From a virus (Duplodnaviria; Caudoviricetes), in the IMG/VR virus record IMGVR_UViG_3300006893_000015, positions 1 through 37,815 of that record: 37,815 nt of DNA. The stretch is one strand, 5' to 3'. This document shows positions 34,658 to 37,815 of the stretch, in pieces. The notes under the pieces were generated by a model. The model did no database searches and was not told the DNA's origin. It was given only the letters and a program-made list of their open reading frames with translations. Positions within the stretch are counted from its first letter, which is position 1. Every line of letters begins with the position of its first letter. Both the position numbers and the translations under genes were made by a program.

Positions 34658-37600
34658 AAACTCGTCTGAAAATTTCGGCTGTAAATACGTCGGCGGTAGC
34701 CTTCCGCGACGTTGCTCAGCAAGTTGAACAGATGACTCAAAGAGTCACGAAGTCACAACGCGTTTTGGTCGACTCCCACAAAACTGCCGTCCAGAGCATG
34801 ACCGAGATGGCCGGGGCCGGTTATACGACACTTGGCAGACTCGCTGGGACGTTTGGTGTCGGCTTCGGCGCCGCGGCGGCTGTCGAAGCGGTTAAAAAAT
34901 CAGTTACGCTTTTCGCTAATGTTGACCAGCGTGCGCGGGCGCTCCATGTTTCGACGGGGGAATCGCTTGAGAAAATTAATGCGGCCTACGAACGAGTAGA
35001 TGCCACCGCAGCGGCGGCAAGAGTCCCAGTCGAGGAACTACGAAACGCTTTTGATACCCTCGCGCGCGCGTTTGGTGGTGTTGAAGGCGCGAAAGAAATG
35101 CTTCCTGGAGTCGCGCAAGCAGCGGCGGGCATGCACACGACTGCGGAGGAAACCGCACTATTCAATACCCAGCTTGTCAACACGCTTAAGATCGCCAAGA
35201 AAGATATCCCCGCCGCGTTCGATTCCCTTATTGGCGCGGCAAAAGGCGGTCGTGTTCAGGCGGCAGAACTAGAGAAGGGAATTTCTGACGTATCGACAGA
35301 CCTCGCCGACATCGGCATGACCGGTCCAAAGGCGCTCCACCAGGTCGAAGCTGCGATGGAGACCGTTGGAAACTACACAACAGACGCCGGGCGGGCTGTC
35401 ACCGGAGTTCAAGCGATTATCGATGCGGTCAACACAAAGAGGCTAAACGCCGCCTTCCTGTCGGCCGGCATCAACATGAAGCATGAGCTAGAAAAGGGTG
35501 CGAAGGCTGGCATGTCCGCGCTCGACGTCATGGTCGAGCAGGCTCATCGGGCGGCGCTGATAATTCAGCGACGGCACCCAGGCATCTCCATTGAAGAAGC
35601 TTACGCCGAGCTGACCAAAAGAAATTTGCCTATGCGCGACGCCCTGATCCAGCTTTACGCTCACAGGGACGTCACCGCACAAGTTCAGGAAAGGATAGCC
35701 AAGTCCGGCGGCGCGATGGCTGACGCCGCGAAGGTCATGACAGAAGGTATGTCAGGGACCATACAAAGCTTTTCAAACGAGTTGATTGAGGCAGGCGAGG
35801 CGGTTGGAAGTTTTGTCGACCATATGCGGCTTGGGATCGAGCGTTTGGAGGGCAAGGCCCCCACAACTGCGCCGACGGCGCCGGCGCCTCCTCTTGCGTC
35901 CCCCGCGCCACCGTCTTGGTGGGAATGGCTTCGCAAAAGACAAAACCAATCAACGGAGGGCGAGAAGCGCCCTGATCTCGCGCCTCCCGCGCCGCCAAAG
36001 AAGACCGGTAAGTTCGGTGATATTTCAGGCAACGCCAGCGACATCGGATGGATGACGTCCGGCATGCAAGGCGCCCAGCCTCTTATCCCAAGCCAGCCTG
36101 GCTCGACGACCGAGCGGACCGCGCGCGAGCAGCTTGAGGTCTTGCGCCGGCTTGAGCGGTCGGCGCTCTTCGGCGGACTTACCGGCGCCGGCGTTGGCGG
36201 GTCCAGCGGGGCAGCGGCGGGCGGTGGCACGCCAGAAGGCGAGGGTGGCGGTAAGGGTAGCGGCAGCGGCAAGACCGGCGGCCCAAGCGCGCGCCGTAAG
36301 TCATTTGGGCACCCCGGGGCTCCCACTACGGCTGGCGGCAAGGGCGCTATCGCGGCCAGCAAGGCGGATACAAGCGCCGACGCGGCATTGATCAGGAAGA
36401 TTGCCAAGGAGGAAGGCATCGACCCGGACACCGCGGTCGCTGTCGCGAAAAGCGAAGGGCTTGGCCATTCATGGGCAGGCGGTGACAAAGGGTCATCGTT
36501 CGGTCCACTACAAGCTCACTTTGGCGGCATAGCACCAGGAATGATGTCAAAAGGCCAAGGCGACGCCATGGCCCGCGAAGGGATCAACGCTAAAGACCCA
36601 GCGCAAAAAGAAGCCGTGCTCAGGTGGCAGCTTAAATACGCCAAGAAACACGGCTGGGGCGAGTGGTATGGCGCCAGGCGAGCCGGCATCGGCAACCGTG
36701 AGGGAATCGACGGCGGCGGCACTTCCGGCGTCGCTGGCGGCGGCAAAGAAGGCGAGCCAGGGAGCGGCGGCGGCACCGGGCGCGGCGAGATACCGGTAAG
36801 CGGCGGCGCGGCGACCCGCCCGGATTCAATTTCCGGAATGGAGCCTGAATTTAGGGCGCGGCTTGCTGCAATGATGGAGGCGGCTCCGAAAGGCTCAAGC
36901 GTCTTTAGCGGTTACCGCTCACCGGAGCTTCAGGCGCAATTGTTTGCGAAGTCCGACCGCAGCGGGCACATGGTTGCGCGGCCTGGCCATTCACATCACG
37001 GCAAGGGAGACGCGGCCGATATCAAAGGGGACCTCGCGTGGTTTCATAAACACGCGGCCGAGTATGGCCTAAGATTTCCGATGCCATATGAAAACTGGCA
37101 TATTCAAAGTGACCCAAATACGACCATCCCAGTTCCGCATACAGAAACAGCGGATGCGGCCCCGCGAGCCCCTGCCATGCCGGCTGCGCCGTCGGCGCCG
37201 GCGCCTCGTGTTGCAACCCAACCCGTAGACCTTGCCGAACGCATGCGTCAAATGTCGGCGAAGAAGCGCTCCGAGGTTGCGAGGCGAACCGCATTCCATC
37301 AGATTGCCGGGAGGCTCGACGATTTCGATGCCTTTGTTAAGAGAGCCGGGAAGGCGACCGCGGAAACGACGCCGCGTGATCCTCTGGAGGGTTGGCTAAG
37401 CACAACGCCATCAAAAAAGACTGATCAATCGCACGTTATAGGGACATCAAACACGCCGTCCAGCACCCCGTTCCCACATGATCCTAAATACGATAATTTC
37501 GCCAGGTCGACGATGACGTTCGGTAAGCGCCAGCCGGACGAGTTCATAACTCACCCTAACATACACTACGATCAAGACCAGAATATGCCGGTCATTAGCG

Positions 37601-37815
37601 ACGAGCCGATGGCTAAAATGAAGGAAAAATTGCAATATAATAAGACGCAAAAATATATCGACAGCGATCACACCAAGAAGATGGAGGCGATGCGCCACAA
37701 GGCGGCCGAGCCGGTACGCGTCAAGGTGGCCTATGACTTCGACGCGGCGGACGTCCGTACCCACAACAAGGCGTACGCGCGTCGGTCGTTCAATAAGGAA
37801 GCGCGGAATAGCAGG
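34648..37815 (+). CDS. Tape measure protein (partial; absent from ORF track) with lysozyme-like and M15 peptidase domains
   Basis: Open frame from MDLETRLKISAVN to window end (1056 codons, no stop); helical Ala-rich N-half; KSEG..SFGPLQ; SGYRS..SHHGKGDAAD..ENWH. Confidence 0.92.
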   Translation, partial: MDLETRLKISAVNTSAVAFRDVAQQVEQMTQRVTKSQRVLVDSHKTAVQSMTEMAGAGYTTLGRLAGTFGVGFGAAAAVEAVKKSVTLFANVDQRARALHVSTGESLEKINAAYERVDATAAAARVPVEELRNAFDTLARAFGGVEGAKEMLPGVAQAAAGMHTTAEETALFNTQLVNTLKIAKKDIPAAFDSLIGAAKGGRVQAAELEKGISDVSTDLADIGMTGPKALHQVEAAMETVGNYTTDAGRAVTGVQAIIDAVNTKRLNAAFLSAGINMKHELEKGAKAGMSALDVMVEQAHRAALIIQRRHPGISIEEAYAELTKRNLPMRDALIQLYAHRDVTAQVQERIAKSGGAMADAAKVMTEGMSGTIQSFSNELIEAGEAVGSFVDHMRLGIERLEGKAPTTAPTAPAPPLASPAPPSWWEWLRKRQNQSTEGEKRPDLAPPAPPKKTGKFGDISGNASDIGWMTSGMQGAQPLIPSQPGSTTERTAREQLEVLRRLERSALFGGLTGAGVGGSSGAAAGGGTPEGEGGGKGSGSGKTGGPSARRKSFGHPGAPTTAGGKGAIAASKADTSADAALIRKIAKEEGIDPDTAVAVAKSEGLGHSWAGGDKGSSFGPLQAHFGGIAPGMMSKGQGDAMAREGINAKDPAQKEAVLRWQLKYAKKHGWGEWYGARRAGIGNREGIDGGGTSGVAGGGKEGEPGSGGGTGRGEIPVSGGAATRPDSISGMEPEFRARLAAMMEAAPKGSSVFSGYRSPELQAQLFAKSDRSGHMVARPGHSHHGKGDAADIKGDLAWFHKHAAEYGLRFPMPYENWHIQSDPNTTIPVPHTETADAAPRAPAMPAAPSAPAPRVATQPVDLAERMRQMSAKKRSEVARRTAFHQIAGRLDDFDAFVKRAGKATAETTPRDPLEGWLSTTPSKKTDQSHVIGTSNTPSSTPFPHDPKYDNFARSTMTFGKRQPDEFITHPNIHYDQDQNMPVISDEPMAKMKEKLQYNKTQKYIDSDHTKKMEAMRHKAAEPVRVKVAYDFDAADVRTHNKAYARRSFNKEARNSR

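Larger units (their letters stand above)
1..37815 (+). mobile_element. Phage/prophage morphogenesis region (lambda-like head, P2-like contractile tail); both ends lie outside the window
   Basis: Colinear terminase, portal, protease, capsid, baseplate, sheath, tube and tape measure genes on the + strand; no host genes or att sites seen. Confidence 0.97.

Noticed and set aside
1-37815. Tailocin, eCIS or gene transfer agent
   Set aside because: A full lambda-like packaging and head module plus contractile tail and many accessory genes indicates a true phage; not RcGTA gene content

Overview
The whole window is the morphogenesis (late) region of a tailed phage or prophage, probably infecting an alphaproteobacterium (inferred from gene types, GC richness and promoter style). 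It joins a lambda-like head module (Nu1-like terS, GpA-like terL, portal, gpW, S49 protease with nested scaffold start, head decoration protein, gpE-like capsid) to a P2-like contractile tail (spike V, W/gp25, J, I-domain protein, H-like protein, sheath, tube, chaperone, tape measure running off the right end). Four unusual layers sit on this backbone. (1) A strict 21-aa repeat occurs in three different virion proteins (about 38, 18 and 2 copies), near a small beta-rich protein that could be its partner. (2) The 15-bp motif ATAGGCCAATTGGCT occurs three times, each time in the same register inside a predicted promoter driving accessory genes. (3) At least six free-standing HNH and GIY-YIG/NUMOD3 endonuclease genes are present, several decayed, plus collapsed remnants. 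(4) Many exported or membrane accessory genes are present, including a PHI-1/EXORDIUM-like protein and a signal-peptide-bearing beta-helix protein in the tail module. All family calls come from motif recognition by eye; no searches were run. I found no CRISPR array, tRNA, rRNA, integrase or reverse transcriptase.
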